In this document: positions 9,397-22,463 of the stretch, piece after piece
Layout of the letters: every line of letters starts with the position of its first letter
Position numbering within the stretch: the stretch's first letter is position 1
From: Vibrio alginolyticus NBRC 15630 = ATCC 17749
GTDB lineage: Bacteria; Pseudomonadota; Gammaproteobacteria; Enterobacterales; Vibrionaceae
Direction of reading: 5' to 3'
DNA length: 32,000 nucleotides
NCBI RefSeq assembly: GCF_000354175.2
Contig: NC_022349.1
Span: 1,830,001 to 1,862,000, forward strand
The notes under the pieces: generated by a model
Seen by the model: only the letters and a program-made list of their open reading frames with translations
What the model was told of the DNA's origin: nothing
Database searches by the model: none
Program-made: the position numbers and the translations under genes

Positions 9397-10536
9397 ATGA
9401 AAAAAATTGTCTTTATTGCTGCCGCACTTTTAATGGCAGGCTGTAGCCGTGAATTCGTCGAAAAGATTTATGACGTCAACTACGAGCCAACAAACCGTTT
9501 TGCCAATAACTTAGCTGAGCTACCAGGACAATTTGAAAAAGATACTGCGGCGCTAGATGCCTTAATCAATAGCTTTTCAGGCAATATTCAAAAGCGCTGG
9601 GGTAAAAAAGAAATCAAGTACGCTGGCAAAAGTAATTACGTTAAGTACATCGATAACTACCTTAGCCGCGCCGAGGTCGACTTTCGCAAAGGCATGATCA
9701 CGATAGAGACCGTATCACCGACCGAGCCCCAAAAACACCTAAAAGACGCGATTGTCACCACCTTATTAACACCAGACGATCCCGCTCATGTCGACTTATT
9801 CTCCTCTAAAGGTATCACGTTAGAGGGGCAACCATTCCTGTATAAACAAGTTGTCGACCAAGACAATAAGCCAATTCAATGGTCTTGGCGGGCAAACCGA
9901 TTTGCGGAATACCTAATCGCAAATAAAATAAAAACCAAAAATGTAGATTTCAAGAAAGCGTATTATGTCGAAATTCCCATGGTTGAAGACCACTTTTCAA
10001 CACGCAGCTACCAATACGCCGATATCGTGCGTCGAGCTTCCAAGAAATACGACATTCCAGAAGACTTGATATACGCCATTATTAAAACCGAGAGCAGTTT
10101 CAACCCATACGCGGTAAGTTGGGCAAATGCATATGGCCTAATGCAAGTTGTACCTAAAACAGCGGGACGAGATGTGTTCAAACTCGTGAAAAAGCGCTCG
10201 GGCCAACCAAGCCCTAAATATTTGTTTAATCCAGAAAACAACATAGATACTGGTACTGCGTATTTCTATATCTTAAAAAATCGTTATTTAAGAGAAGTCC
10301 GCCACCCTACCTCTCTCGAGTACAGCATGATTTCAGCTTACAATGGCGGTACTGGAGGAGTTTTAAACACATTTCATCGCAGTGATCGCAAACGCGCAAT
10401 GCAAGATCTTAATTCATTGCAACCCAACCAAGTTTATTGGGCGTTAACCAAGAAACACCCGAACGCAGAAGCGCGTCGCTACCTAGAAAAAGTTACAAAT
10501 TTCAAAAAGGAATTTAACTCGAAGCAAACTTTGTAG
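9397..10536 (+). CDS. mltC: membrane-bound lytic murein transglycosylase C (lipoprotein)
   Basis: 379 aa. It has a lipobox (LLMAGC), an N-terminal DUF3393-like region and an SLT catalytic motif (IIKTESSFNPYAVSWANAYGLMQV). It keeps the conserved mutY-yggX-mltC order. Confidence 0.9.
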   Translation: MKKIVFIAAALLMAGCSREFVEKIYDVNYEPTNRFANNLAELPGQFEKDTAALDALINSFSGNIQKRWGKKEIKYAGKSNYVKYIDNYLSRAEVDFRKGMITIETVSPTEPQKHLKDAIVTTLLTPDDPAHVDLFSSKGITLEGQPFLYKQVVDQDNKPIQWSWRANRFAEYLIANKIKTKNVDFKKAYYVEIPMVEDHFSTRSYQYADIVRRASKKYDIPEDLIYAIIKTESSFNPYAVSWANAYGLMQVVPKTAGRDVFKLVKKRSGQPSPKYLFNPENNIDTGTAYFYILKNRYLREVRHPTSLEYSMISAYNGGTGGVLNTFHRSDRKRAMQDLNSLQPNQVYWALTKKHPNAEARRYLEKVTNFKKEFNSKQTL

Positions 10537-10595
10537 TGACAGTTGAATAAAAAGCGTTCGAACAACCACTTTTTTGAAATTATTTAAAAAAAGTG

Positions 10596-10624
10596 GTTGA
10601 CGCAACGCGGGAAAATCCGTTTAA
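10596..10624 (+). promoter_or_regulatory. sigma70 promoter of tRNA operon 1 with an A/T-rich UP-like region
   Basis: -35 TTGACG (10596-10601), exact 17-nt spacer, -10 TTTAAT (10619-10624), then a GC-rich discriminator (AGCGCTCC). An A-tract (TTATTTAAAAAAAG) lies immediately upstream. The first tRNA starts at 10637. Confidence 0.65.
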
Positions 10625-10636
10625 TAGCGCTCCGTT

Positions 10637-10712
10637 GCCCGGATAGCTCAGTCGGTAGAGCAGAGGATTGAAAATCCTCGTGTCGGTGGTTCGATTCCGC
10701 CTCCGGGCACCA
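10637..10712 (+). tRNA. pheV: tRNA-Phe (GAA), acceptor allele GCCCGGA/UCCGGGC
   Basis: 76 nt. It folds by eye into a cloverleaf: acceptor GCCCGGA, anticodon loop TTGAAAA, T-arm GGTGG TTCGATT CCGCC, encoded CCA. Near-identical to E. coli tRNA-Phe. Confidence 0.95.
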
Positions 10713-10778
10713 CAATTTGATTTGTTGGTGTCTTAACGAAATGTTATAACACGGACAAAAGCACAAAGAATAAAGTGT

Positions 10779-10854
<76 letters not shown>

Positions 10855-10861
10855 TTCTTTT

Positions 10862-10937
10862 GCCTCGATAGCTCAGTCGGTAGAGCAGAGGATTGAAAAT
10901 CCTCGTGTCGGTGGTTCGATTCCGCCTCGAGGCACCA
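10862..10937 (+). tRNA. tRNA-Phe (GAA), acceptor allele GCCUCGA/UCGAGGC
   Basis: 76 nt. Identical to the 10637 copy except for four acceptor-stem positions that remain paired. Confidence 0.95.
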
Positions 10938-10982
10938 TATTTGGTGCACTTGCTTCATAAGCAAGACACAAAAAAGAATAGT

Positions 10983-11058
10983 TCCTCCTTAGCTCAGTTG
11001 GTAGAGCGACGGACTGTTAATCCGCAGGTCGCTGGTTCGAGCCCAGCAGGAGGAGCCA
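10983..11058 (+). tRNA. tRNA-Asn (GUU)
   Basis: 76 nt. TCCTCCTTAGCTCAGTTGGTAGAGCGACGGACTGTTAATCCGC... with anticodon loop CTGTTAA and encoded CCA. Confidence 0.95.
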
Positions 11059-11129
11059 ATTTCTAGAATCTTACTTAAGTGAGATTTTAAAAACAGAAGA
11101 GATAATCTCTTCTAAAAAGAATACAGTGT

Positions 11130-11205
<76 letters not shown>

Positions 11206-11212
11206 TTCTTTT

Positions 11213-11288
11213 GCCTCGATAGCTCAGTCGGTAGAGCAGAGGATTGAAAATCCTCGTGTCGGTGGTTCGATTCCGCCTCGAGGCACCA
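11213..11288 (+). tRNA. tRNA-Phe (GAA), GCCUCGA allele
   Basis: Sequence identical to 10862-10937, offset by exactly 351 nt. Confidence 0.95.
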
Positions 11289-11333
11289 TATTTGGTGCGT
11301 TTGCTTCATAAGCAAGACACAAAAAAGAATAAT

Positions 11334-11409
11334 TCCTCCTTAGCTCAGTTGGTAGAGCGACGGACTGTTAATCCGCAGGTCGCTGGTTCGAGCCCAGCAG
11401 GAGGAGCCA
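11334..11409 (+). tRNA. tRNA-Asn (GUU)
   Basis: Sequence identical to 10983-11058, offset by exactly 351 nt. Confidence 0.95.
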
Positions 11410-11414
11410 CTTTT

Positions 11415-11444
11415 AAAGCCGCATCACTTGATGCGGCTTTTTTG
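11415..11444 (+). terminator. intrinsic terminator of tRNA operon 1
   Basis: GCCGCAT (11418-11424), loop CACTTG, ATGCGGC (11431-11437), followed by TTTTTT. Confidence 0.85.
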
Positions 11445-11684
11445 TATCTGCTTTATACGTCATTTCTCGTTTTCCCATTTATCTGCACTTCATTTCTAAA
11501 CATCAGCGAACATTAAATCTTTTCTTCAAAAACACTTATTTCACGCTAAAAATTTAATCCTCATCGTAATTTCAATACGCATTAGTATCCGAGCATATTC
11601 ATCTTCACTAAGATGCCCGAGTTATTACATTTCTTCTTTTAGCTATGCCTTGCATAGTGATAACACTTTATTTGTGAGCTAAAT

Positions 11685-13310
11685 ATGAAACTAAAAACTC
11701 AAGCCTATTTATTATCTGCGATCATATTGCTAGCTCTCCTAGCTCTGACCGCAACGGGCTTATGGACACTTCGCGTCGCAAGTAACCTTGATAACAAAGC
11801 TCGAGTTACTGAGCTATTTAAAAGTGCGTACAGCATACTTACCGAAGTAGAAAAGATGGCTATCGAAGGCAAAATGCCGGAAGACGAAGCGAAAGCATTA
11901 GCCACTCGCCTACTTCGTAACAATATCTACAAAGACAACGAATACGTTTATGTCGCAGATGAAAATATGATGTTCATCGCCGCACCACTAGACCCTCAAC
12001 TGCACGGAACCAGCTTCCATGACTTTAGAGATGGCAGTGGTAATAGCGTAGGCCAACTCATTCTAGATGTATTGGGGCACAAAACAGGTCAGATCGTTGA
12101 ATATACCTGGAGCCAAAAACAAGCAGATGGCAGCATTGAAGAAAAACACTCGATAGCAGAAAAAACACCACACTGGGGCTGGGTTGTCGGTACAGGTATT
12201 GGCTTTAATGAAGTTAACGCACGTTTTTGGTCGACAGCACAATGGCAGCTTGTGCTGTGTCTGATTATCGCGGGAAGTATTCTAAGTGGCCTGATCATTT
12301 CGATTCGCAAAATGCTTAATCTACTTGGTGGAGAGCCTAACGACGTGCGTAAAGCAGTTCAAGCTGTCGCTCAAGGAGACATTCAGACCAGTTTTGATAC
12401 TGTGGCACCGAGAGGAAGTATCTATCGTGCCGTGCAAGATATGAGTCAATCACTAGCTACCATGGTGACAAACCTAGAGAAGTCTATGCATGCACTGCGC
12501 GCAGAGTTGTTTGCCGTAGAGGCTCGATCAAATACGATTGCCGATCTTACCGTATCTCAGCAGCAATCAACGGCTATGATTGCCACTGCGATGACTGAAA
12601 TGGCATCTTCAGCCAACCATGTTGCCAATTCAGCAAGCGACACCGCAAACAATACGGACGAGGCAGACAAACAAAGCCAACATACTCAGAAACTCATTCA
12701 CAACACGGTTGAAAACATTCAAGGTTTAGCTTCTCAATTAAATACTGCGAGTAAAGCGGTCGCCGATCTAGATCAGGATGTAAATAATATTGTAAAAGTG
12801 CTCGATGTGATTGGTGATATTGCAGAGCAAACAAACCTATTGGCACTCAATGCAGCCATTGAAGCAGCACGTGCTGGAGAGCAAGGCCGAGGCTTCGCAG
12901 TCGTTGCTGATGAGGTACGCAACCTAGCAGGACGCACACAAGACAGCACAAAAGAGATTCAGTATATGATCTCCAATCTGCAAGAAGGCTCGCGCAATGC
13001 CATTCACACAATGGAAATATGTGCAGAAACCAGTGAAAGCACTGTTACAGAGTCTAAGAATGCCTCTGAAGCTCTACAGCAAATTGTAACGGCGTTAGAA
13101 TCTATCACCACAATGAGCCAGCAGATCGCTACTGCTGCCGCTGAGCAGACGCAGGTTAGCGATGATATTGCGCTACGCATAAACCTTATCGAGGAAAGCG
13201 GAGGCCAACTCAACTCTGTCGTAACCGAGAGCCAATCAAGTACTCAAAGTTTAGCTTCACTAGCGAATGAGCTAGAAGGTTGGGTAAACAAGTTCTCAGT
13301 AAAGCACTAG
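11685..13310 (+). CDS. methyl-accepting chemotaxis protein with a periplasmic single-Cache (sCache_2-like) sensor, HAMP and MCP signalling domain
   Basis: 541 aa. TM1 is [23 protein letters not shown]. The periplasmic region of about 160 aa carries [15 protein letters not shown]...HG and [11 protein letters not shown], which are Cache-type signatures. TM2 is followed by HAMP and the invariant signalling hairpin [38 protein letters not shown]. Confidence 0.9.
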   Translation: MKLKTQAYLLSAIILLALLALTATGLWTLRVASNLDNKARVTELFKSAYSILTEVEKMAIEGKMPEDEAKALATRLLRNNIYKDNEYVYVADENMMFIAAPLDPQLHGTSFHDFRDGSGNSVGQLILDVLGHKTGQIVEYTWSQKQADGSIEEKHSIAEKTPHWGWVVGTGIGFNEVNARFWSTAQWQLVLCLIIAGSILSGLIISIRKMLNLLGGEPNDVRKAVQAVAQGDIQTSFDTVAPRGSIYRAVQDMSQSLATMVTNLEKSMHALRAELFAVEARSNTIADLTVSQQQSTAMIATAMTEMASSANHVANSASDTANNTDEADKQSQHTQKLIHNTVENIQGLASQLNTASKAVADLDQDVNNIVKVLDVIGDIAEQTNLLALNAAIEAARAGEQGRGFAVVADEVRNLAGRTQDSTKEIQYMISNLQEGSRNAIHTMEICAETSESTVTESKNASEALQQIVTALESITTMSQQIATAAAEQTQVSDDIALRINLIEESGGQLNSVVTESQSSTQSLASLANELEGWVNKFSVKH

Positions 13311-13330
13311 TTTAAAGTCAATTGTTCAAT

Positions 13331-13360
13331 AAAAAGCACGTTTTCAGACGTGCTTTTTTG
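13331..13360 (+). terminator. intrinsic terminator after the MCP gene
   Basis: AGCACGT (13335-13341), loop TTTCAG, ACGTGCT (13348-13354), followed by TTTTTTG. Confidence 0.8.
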
Positions 13361-13504
13361 TTTTTATCGCCTTTATTTTGCAAGTGAACACACTATCAAT
13401 GTTAAAACATCGCTTAAAGCATGGCGCATTGCTGCTAAAAACGCATAAAAACAGCCCACTCCGAGCACAAATTCATCAAACGATATTTTATTTTAATTTT
13501 ATTG

Positions 13505-13533
13505 TTGACCTGAAAGCCGAAAAGCCTTTTAAT
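13505..13533 (+). promoter_or_regulatory. sigma70 promoter of tRNA operon 2
   Basis: -35 TTGACC (13505-13510), 17-nt spacer, -10 TTTAAT (13528-13533), with an A/T-rich upstream region. The first tRNA starts at 13544. Confidence 0.6.
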
Positions 13534-13543
13534 ACACCTCGTC

Positions 13544-13619
13544 GCCCGGATAGCTCAGTCGGTAGAGCAGAGGATTGAAAATCCTCGTGTCGGTGGTTCG
13601 ATTCCGCCTCCGGGCACCA
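13544..13619 (+). tRNA. tRNA-Phe (GAA), GCCCGGA allele
   Basis: Identical to 10637-10712. Confidence 0.95.
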
Positions 13620-13671
13620 CAATTTATTAATTGTTGGTGCTTAGCACGAACAATGTTAAAGAATAAAATGT

Positions 13672-13747
<76 letters not shown>

Positions 13748-13769
13748 TTTATTCTCTTAAAAAGACAAT

Positions 13770-13845
13770 TCCTCCTTAGCTCAGTTGGTAGAGCGACGGA
13801 CTGTTAATCCGCAGGTCGCTGGTTCGAGCCCAGCAGGAGGAGCCA
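13770..13845 (+). tRNA. tRNA-Asn (GUU)
   Basis: Identical to 10983-11058. Confidence 0.95.
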
Positions 13846-13884
13846 ATTTTCATTATTAAGTTAATAACTTATTAATGACATTGT

Positions 13885-13960
<76 letters not shown>

Positions 13961-13975
13961 CTTATTAAAATTTGT

Positions 13976-14051
13976 TCCTCCTTAGCTCAGTTGGTAGAGC
14001 GACGGACTGTTAATCCGCAGGTCGCTGGTTCGAGCCCAGCAGGAGGAGCCA
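13976..14051 (+). tRNA. tRNA-Asn (GUU)
   Basis: Identical to 10983-11058. Confidence 0.95.
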
Positions 14052-14060
14052 TATTAGAAG

Positions 14061-14089
14061 AAGCCGCATCATTTGATGCGGCTTTTTTG
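14061..14089 (+). terminator. intrinsic terminator of tRNA operon 2
   Basis: GCCGCATCA (14063-14071), TT, TGATGCGGC (14074-14082), followed by TTTTTT. It is nearly identical to the operon 1 terminator. Confidence 0.85.
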
Positions 14090-14242
14090 TATTAGTTTAA
14101 AGCTAAGCTCTCTCCTACTACCCACGAAATAACATAAGCGCTTTGATTATTAAAAACCGCTTACCGCAAGCTAACTATCGACTCACTAAGTAACCAGAAA
14201 ATATTAACCACAAACGCGCGTGGCAAATGGTATGCCTTTCAA

Positions 14243-14272
14243 CTAAAAAAAAGCCAGGTAAAAACCTAGCTT
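14243..14272 (-). terminator. intrinsic terminator downstream of the aldehyde dehydrogenase gene
   Basis: The - strand RNA reads AGCUAGG UUUUUA CCUGGCU, a 7-bp stem with one G-U pair, followed by 8 U (the + strand A-run 14244-14251). Confidence 0.7.
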
Positions 14273-14298
14273 TTTAATTCAATCGGCCATCTCTGAAA

Positions 14299-15738
14299 TC
14301 AGCTTAAACCACCAAGACAAATATACTTTGTCTCCAGATATTCATCGAGGCCTTGCTTAGCACCTTCCCGTCCAACACCCGACTCTTTAACTCCACCAAA
14401 TGGAGCCACTTCAGTAGAGATGATCCCTTCATTCACTCCAACCATGCCATACTCTAAACCTTCACTAAAAGTCACAATACGCTTCAAGCTATTCGTATAG
14501 AAATAACAAGCCAAACCATATTCTGTATCGTTCGTCATTTCGAGAACTTGATCATCATTTTCAAAGGTAACAATAGGCAACACAGGCCCGAATAGCTCTT
14601 GCTGAACAATCGACATATTCTGCGTCACACTATCCAAAAGAACGGGCTCCATAAAGCGACCAGGCCGTCTCTGTGGAGAGTTAGCAATAGAGGCTCCTTC
14701 TTGTACAGCTTGATCGATCACCGCTTCTAGTCGATGCTTAGAGGCCATGGTAATAACAGGACCTAATGTGACACCTTTCTCTAAACCATTGCCAAGCTTT
14801 AATTTGCTTAACTTCGACAATACTTTATCAACAAAAGCTTGTTTTACATTTTTATGAACATATAGCCGATTGGTACAAACACATGTTTGCCCTGCATTAC
14901 GGAACTTCGACGCGACAAGCCCTTCCGCAGCCGCATCTAAGTCTGCATCTTCAAACACGATGAAAGGCGCATTACCACCCAACTCCATCGACACCGCCTT
15001 GACTGAATCACTGGCTTGCTTCATCAAAATTTTCCCAACGCGCGTAGACCCCGTAAAAGAGATCTTCTGAATCCTAGGATCAGTACTTAGTACTTGACCA
15101 AACTCAGCAGCCTGTTCTGATACCACGACAGAAAGCAGTTCTTTAGGGATACCAGCCTGATAAGCTAATTCAACAACAGCAATTGCAGTGAGAGGGGTAA
15201 GCTCTGATGGCTTGATCAACATGCCACAACCTGCCGCTAGGGCTGGTGCTACTTTTCTTGTAATCATCGCAATAGGGAAGTTCCAAGGTGTAATTGCAGC
15301 GCATACTCCCACAGGCTGGCGAATTGCAGATAGACGTCTATCTGTCGTGGGAGCAGGAATAACTTCGCCATAAGCACGTTTTGCTTCTTCTGAGAACCAC
15401 TCGACAAAAGAGGCACCATACATCACTTCCCCTTTGCTTTCAGCTAAAGGTTTTCCCTGCTCTAAGGTAATAATCGTGGCTATGTCTTCTGCATTATCAA
15501 GAAGTAGTTGATACCACCCCATCAAACGACGAGAGCGCTCTTTGGCACTTAATTTAGCCCAACGGACTTGCTCCGTTTTGCACTGACCAATGAGATCATC
15601 TAACTCATCAAGAGTACTAGGCTTTAACCGAATTAACTCTTGCTCAGTTGCAGGGTTGATGACCACAATTCCCTCTTCGGAAGACCATTGCTTAAATACA
15701 GATTTCAGCGTTTCATTTTTTATTTGTTGCATCATCAA
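14299..15738 (-). CDS. gabD: NAD(P)-dependent succinate-semialdehyde dehydrogenase-like aldehyde dehydrogenase
   Basis: 479 aa and colinear with E. coli GabD by eye (LEQGKPLAESKGEV...AITPWNFP.AMITRK..PALAAGC...SFTGST). It has the catalytic Glu motif ELGGNAP and the catalytic Cys motif FRNAGQTCVCTNR. GAGGAG precedes the ATG cluster. Confidence 0.8.
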   Translation of the reverse strand: MMMQQIKNETLKSVFKQWSSEEGIVVINPATEQELIRLKPSTLDELDDLIGQCKTEQVRWAKLSAKERSRRLMGWYQLLLDNAEDIATIITLEQGKPLAESKGEVMYGASFVEWFSEEAKRAYGEVIPAPTTDRRLSAIRQPVGVCAAITPWNFPIAMITRKVAPALAAGCGMLIKPSELTPLTAIAVVELAYQAGIPKELLSVVVSEQAAEFGQVLSTDPRIQKISFTGSTRVGKILMKQASDSVKAVSMELGGNAPFIVFEDADLDAAAEGLVASKFRNAGQTCVCTNRLYVHKNVKQAFVDKVLSKLSKLKLGNGLEKGVTLGPVITMASKHRLEAVIDQAVQEGASIANSPQRRPGRFMEPVLLDSVTQNMSIVQQELFGPVLPIVTFENDDQVLEMTNDTEYGLACYFYTNSLKRIVTFSEGLEYGMVGVNEGIISTEVAPFGGVKESGVGREGAKQGLDEYLETKYICLGGLS

Positions 15739-16193
15739 ACATACTCCTCAAGAACTCCTCTTAGGTTAATCGCTACTAGCAAGTTCAGCAAAGAAAACAA
15801 AGTTTTCTAAAAGGCATTAATTTTCGGAAGACTTAGCTCTCTTCCTCACTATATTTCGGGAAATTGCGCAATCCACGCAACGACGGTTTCGCTCTAAATA
15901 TGGGAGCAATGAATGTTTGAGAAATAAGAAGTAGAAAATTATTGTTTAAGAGAGACGCTAACAAAACACGCAGTACGGAAGACTATTCATTCTATTACGG
16001 TTTAGGGCGAGTGTTATAAAGACTCATTGTTCAAATGACCAATCTTTCAACGAGGACATGATACAAACTCGGAGTAATTGGAAGTGCAGGCAGCAGGCTC
16101 ATCTTCCTGAGAAACTCATGTGCCAAAAGGGTAAAGAAAGTCGTATTGTCTCGCCTTCAATATGTAAATGCATTTCTAGGGGACACGACCAAA

Positions 16194-16224
16194 CGAAAAA
16201 GCCCCAGTCTTTCGACTGGGGCTT
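16194..16224 (-). terminator. intrinsic terminator of the rRNA operon
   Basis: The + strand reads AAAAAGCCCCAGTC TTTCG GACTGGGGCTT. On the - strand the 10-bp GC-rich stem is followed by UUUUU. It lies directly after tRNA-Asp. Confidence 0.85.
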
Positions 16225-16232
16225 AATATAAG

Positions 16233-16309
16233 TGGCGGAGTGGACGGGACTCGAACCCGCGACCCCCGGCGTGACAGGCCGGTATTCTAACCAACTGAAC
16301 TACCACTCC
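16233..16309 (-). tRNA. tRNA-Asp (GUC), distal gene of the rRNA operon
   Basis: Reverse complement GGAGTGGTAGTTCAGTTGGTTAGAATACCGGCCTGTCACGCCGGGGGTCGCGGGTTCGAGTCCCGTCCACTCCGCCA, 77 nt, anticodon loop CTGTCAC. Confidence 0.93.
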
Positions 16310-16385
16310 GCAGTGGTATCACTCGCTTGTAATCAGCAAGTGTCCGCTTTTGTCTTCACTTTTCGAAAAAGTGAAAATAAAACTA

Positions 16386-16506
16386 AAGCCTGGCGATGTC
16401 CTACTCTCACATGGGGAAGCCCCACACTACCATCGGCGCTATTTCGTTTCACTTCTGAGTTCGGTATGGAAATCAGGTGGGTCCAAAATGCTATGGTCGC
16501 CAAGCA
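16386..16506 (-). rRNA. rrf: 5S rRNA, distal copy
   Basis: Reverse complement TGCTTGGCGACCATAGCATTTTGGACCCACCTGATTTCCATACCGAACTCAGAAGTGAAACG...GAGAGTAGGACATCGCCAGGCTT aligns along its length with E. coli 5S. Ends are accurate to about 2 nt. Confidence 0.9.
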
Positions 16507-16561
16507 AAATTCTTTACATTTTGTTTTAGGCTTTAATTTAAAACATAAAACAAACAATAAA

Positions 16562-16637
<76 letters not shown>

Positions 16638-16660
16638 ACATTATTTGTGTCCGTGAGGAC

Positions 16661-16688
16661 TAAAAAAGCCCGCTTTTACAAACGGGCT
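16661..16688 (-). terminator. terminator-like hairpin inside the rRNA operon, between the proximal 5S and tRNA-Thr
   Basis: The - strand reads AGCCCG UUUGUAAAAG CGGGCU followed by UUUUUU (the + strand A-run 16662-16667). The stem is 6 bp with 5 G-C pairs and a 10-nt loop. Confidence 0.45.
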
Positions 16689-16736
16689 CTCTTAACTTTT
16701 GTCTTCGCCTTTTTAAAAAGGAAAAAACTAAATTTA

Positions 16737-16857
16737 AAGCCTGGCGATGTCCTACTCTCACATGGGGAAGCCCCACACTACCATCGGCGCTATTTCGTTT
16801 CACTTCTGAGTTCGGCATGGAAATCAGGTGGGTCCAAAACGCTATGGTCGCCAAGCA
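16737..16857 (-). rRNA. rrf: 5S rRNA, proximal copy
   Basis: Same as the distal copy except for two substitutions (+ strand C at 16816 vs T at 16465; C at 16840 vs T at 16489). The copies are offset by 351 nt. Confidence 0.9.
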
Positions 16858-16948
16858 AATTCTTTAATCTGGAAAGCTGTTTTTTAATTCTCGTTCTTAC
16901 ACATTCAACGTTCTTTCATTGAGTCCATCAAAACCCCTTGGGTGTTGT

Positions 16949-19838
<2,890 letters not shown>

Positions 19839-20031
19839 ATACAACCCGAAGGAGTTTCGAGTTGATGAACAAGTCACCAAAGTTGTCTGCAATTTTTATA
19901 CATGATGCAGACTCGATTTTGCCGGACTCAAATTCCAAGAACACTTGAATGTGTTTTTAGTTGTATTCATAAATGAATACTTTGAGAACTTTACAAACAA
20001 CAATAAATTGTTGTTTTGTCAGCTTTCCAAA

Positions 20032-20043
20032 TTGTTAAAGAGC
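20032..20043 (-). promoter_or_regulatory. boxA antitermination element in the 16S-23S spacer
   Basis: The reverse complement GCTCTTTAACAA matches the E. coli rrn boxA core (TGCTCTTTAACAA). It lies between tRNA-Ala and 23S, as in E. coli. Confidence 0.7.
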
Positions 20044-20098
20044 TAGATTTTCTGATGAAAACCATTTTTAAAGATTCTTTTTCAAGAACACTTAAAGA

Positions 20099-20174
20099 TG
20101 GTGGAGCTATGCGGGATCGAACCGCAGACCTCCTGCGTGCAAGGCAGGCGCTCTCCCAGCTGAGCTATAGCCCC
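20099..20174 (-). tRNA. tRNA-Ala (UGC), spacer tRNA
   Basis: Reverse complement GGGGCTATAGCTCAGCTGGGAGAGCGCCTGCCTTGCACGCAGGAGGTCTGCGGTTCGATCCCGCATAGCTCCACCA, 76 nt, with the G3-U70 identity pair present. Confidence 0.95.
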
Positions 20175-20216
20175 ATCAAGGTGTCGATACTGTCGCCAAT
20201 TCCTTGGGAAAGAAAT

Positions 20217-20293
20217 TGGTGGGTCTGAGTGGACTCGAACCACCGACCTCTCGCTTATCAGGCGAACGCTCTAACCACCTGAGCTACAGACCC
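20217..20293 (-). tRNA. tRNA-Ile (GAU), spacer tRNA
   Basis: Reverse complement GGGTCTGTAGCTCAGGTGGTTAGAGCGTTCGCCTGATAAGCGAGAGGTCGGTGGTTCGAGTCCACTCAGACCCACCA, 77 nt. Confidence 0.95.
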
Positions 20294-20360
20294 AGTATCG
20301 TCTCTTTACTTTATAAACCATATCAATCTGTGTGGACACTCATCGTGAGTAATCATCGCA

Positions 20361-21913
<1,553 letters not shown>

Positions 21914-22148
21914 AAGATTTTGTTCGGCTCAATGAATACTGAACATTCCTTTCGCTAATAAATAGCAGAAGTAATGTTTGAATTGACTGTGCTCTTATTG
22001 GTTTTTACTTTTGAAAAAGTAAAACAAAACAGCTCAAGGCTGCTTCCCAATTCAAATGGTCACTTCGTTTCATTGAAACCTAATTTGATACCGAAGTATC
22101 GAATTGGATTATCATCAACGAGTGCCCACACAGATTGATAGGTCTATA

Positions 22149-22160
22149 TTGTTAAAGAGC
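22149..22160 (-). promoter_or_regulatory. boxA antitermination element in the rrn leader
   Basis: Reverse complement GCTCTTTAACAA, located about 40 nt downstream of the P2 -10 element. Confidence 0.7.
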
Positions 22161-22198
22161 TTGCTTTGCGAGAAGTTTTTCTCTCAAAGCGGAGGTGC

Positions 22199-22226
22199 AT
22201 TCTAGCGATTTAGTTGTTAGTGTCAA
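22199..22226 (-). promoter_or_regulatory. rrn promoter P2
   Basis: The - strand reads TTGACA (22226-22221), a 16-nt spacer, TAGAAT (22204-22199), then the GC-rich discriminator GCACCTCC. An A/T-rich UP-like tract (CAAAAAATTAGTTTAAAAAAGTGT) lies upstream. Confidence 0.7.
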
Positions 22227-22315
22227 ACACTTTTTTAAACTAATTTTTTGTAGAAGCTTTTTACCTCTTCGACCCTGCTGAAGCCTTGTGACGTCTGCTG
22301 TGTCGATGGATGCGC

Positions 22316-22343
22316 ATTATAGGGAGAAGATTTTCTTTGGCAA
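22316..22343 (-). promoter_or_regulatory. rrn promoter P1
   Basis: The - strand reads TTGCCA (22343-22338), a 16-nt spacer ending CTCCC, TATAAT (22321-22316), then the discriminator GCGCATCC. The core resembles E. coli rrnB P1 (..CTCCC TATAAT GCGCC). An A/T-rich UP-like tract (TTTTTTTAGAAAAAATGCATTTTTAGTA) lies upstream. P1 is 117 bp upstream of P2. Confidence 0.75.
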
Positions 22344-22463
22344 TACTAAAAATGCATTTTTTCTAAAAAAACATGCCAAATGGATACTTTCCATCCAACC
22401 CTAAAATTACCCAGAAATAACACTCAGGATTTATACAATTTACCCACAAAAAGCTGTGGATAA

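Noticed and set aside
10564-10598. AT-rich inverted repeat AACCACTTTTTT...AAAAAAGTGGTT after mltC, considered as an mltC terminator.
   Set aside because: The stem is mostly A-U and the 3' arm runs into the -35 hexamer of the tRNA promoter. The A-tract is better explained as an UP-like element of that promoter. A weak terminator function cannot be excluded.
11445-13543. The tRNA-flanked MCP segment considered as a genomic island or mobile element.
   Set aside because: It has no integrase, transposase or terminal inverted repeats, and I could judge no obvious compositional break by eye. The flanking repeats are whole functional tRNA genes belonging to duplicated operons, not att-type partial copies. 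I kept it only as a recombination-substrate observation.
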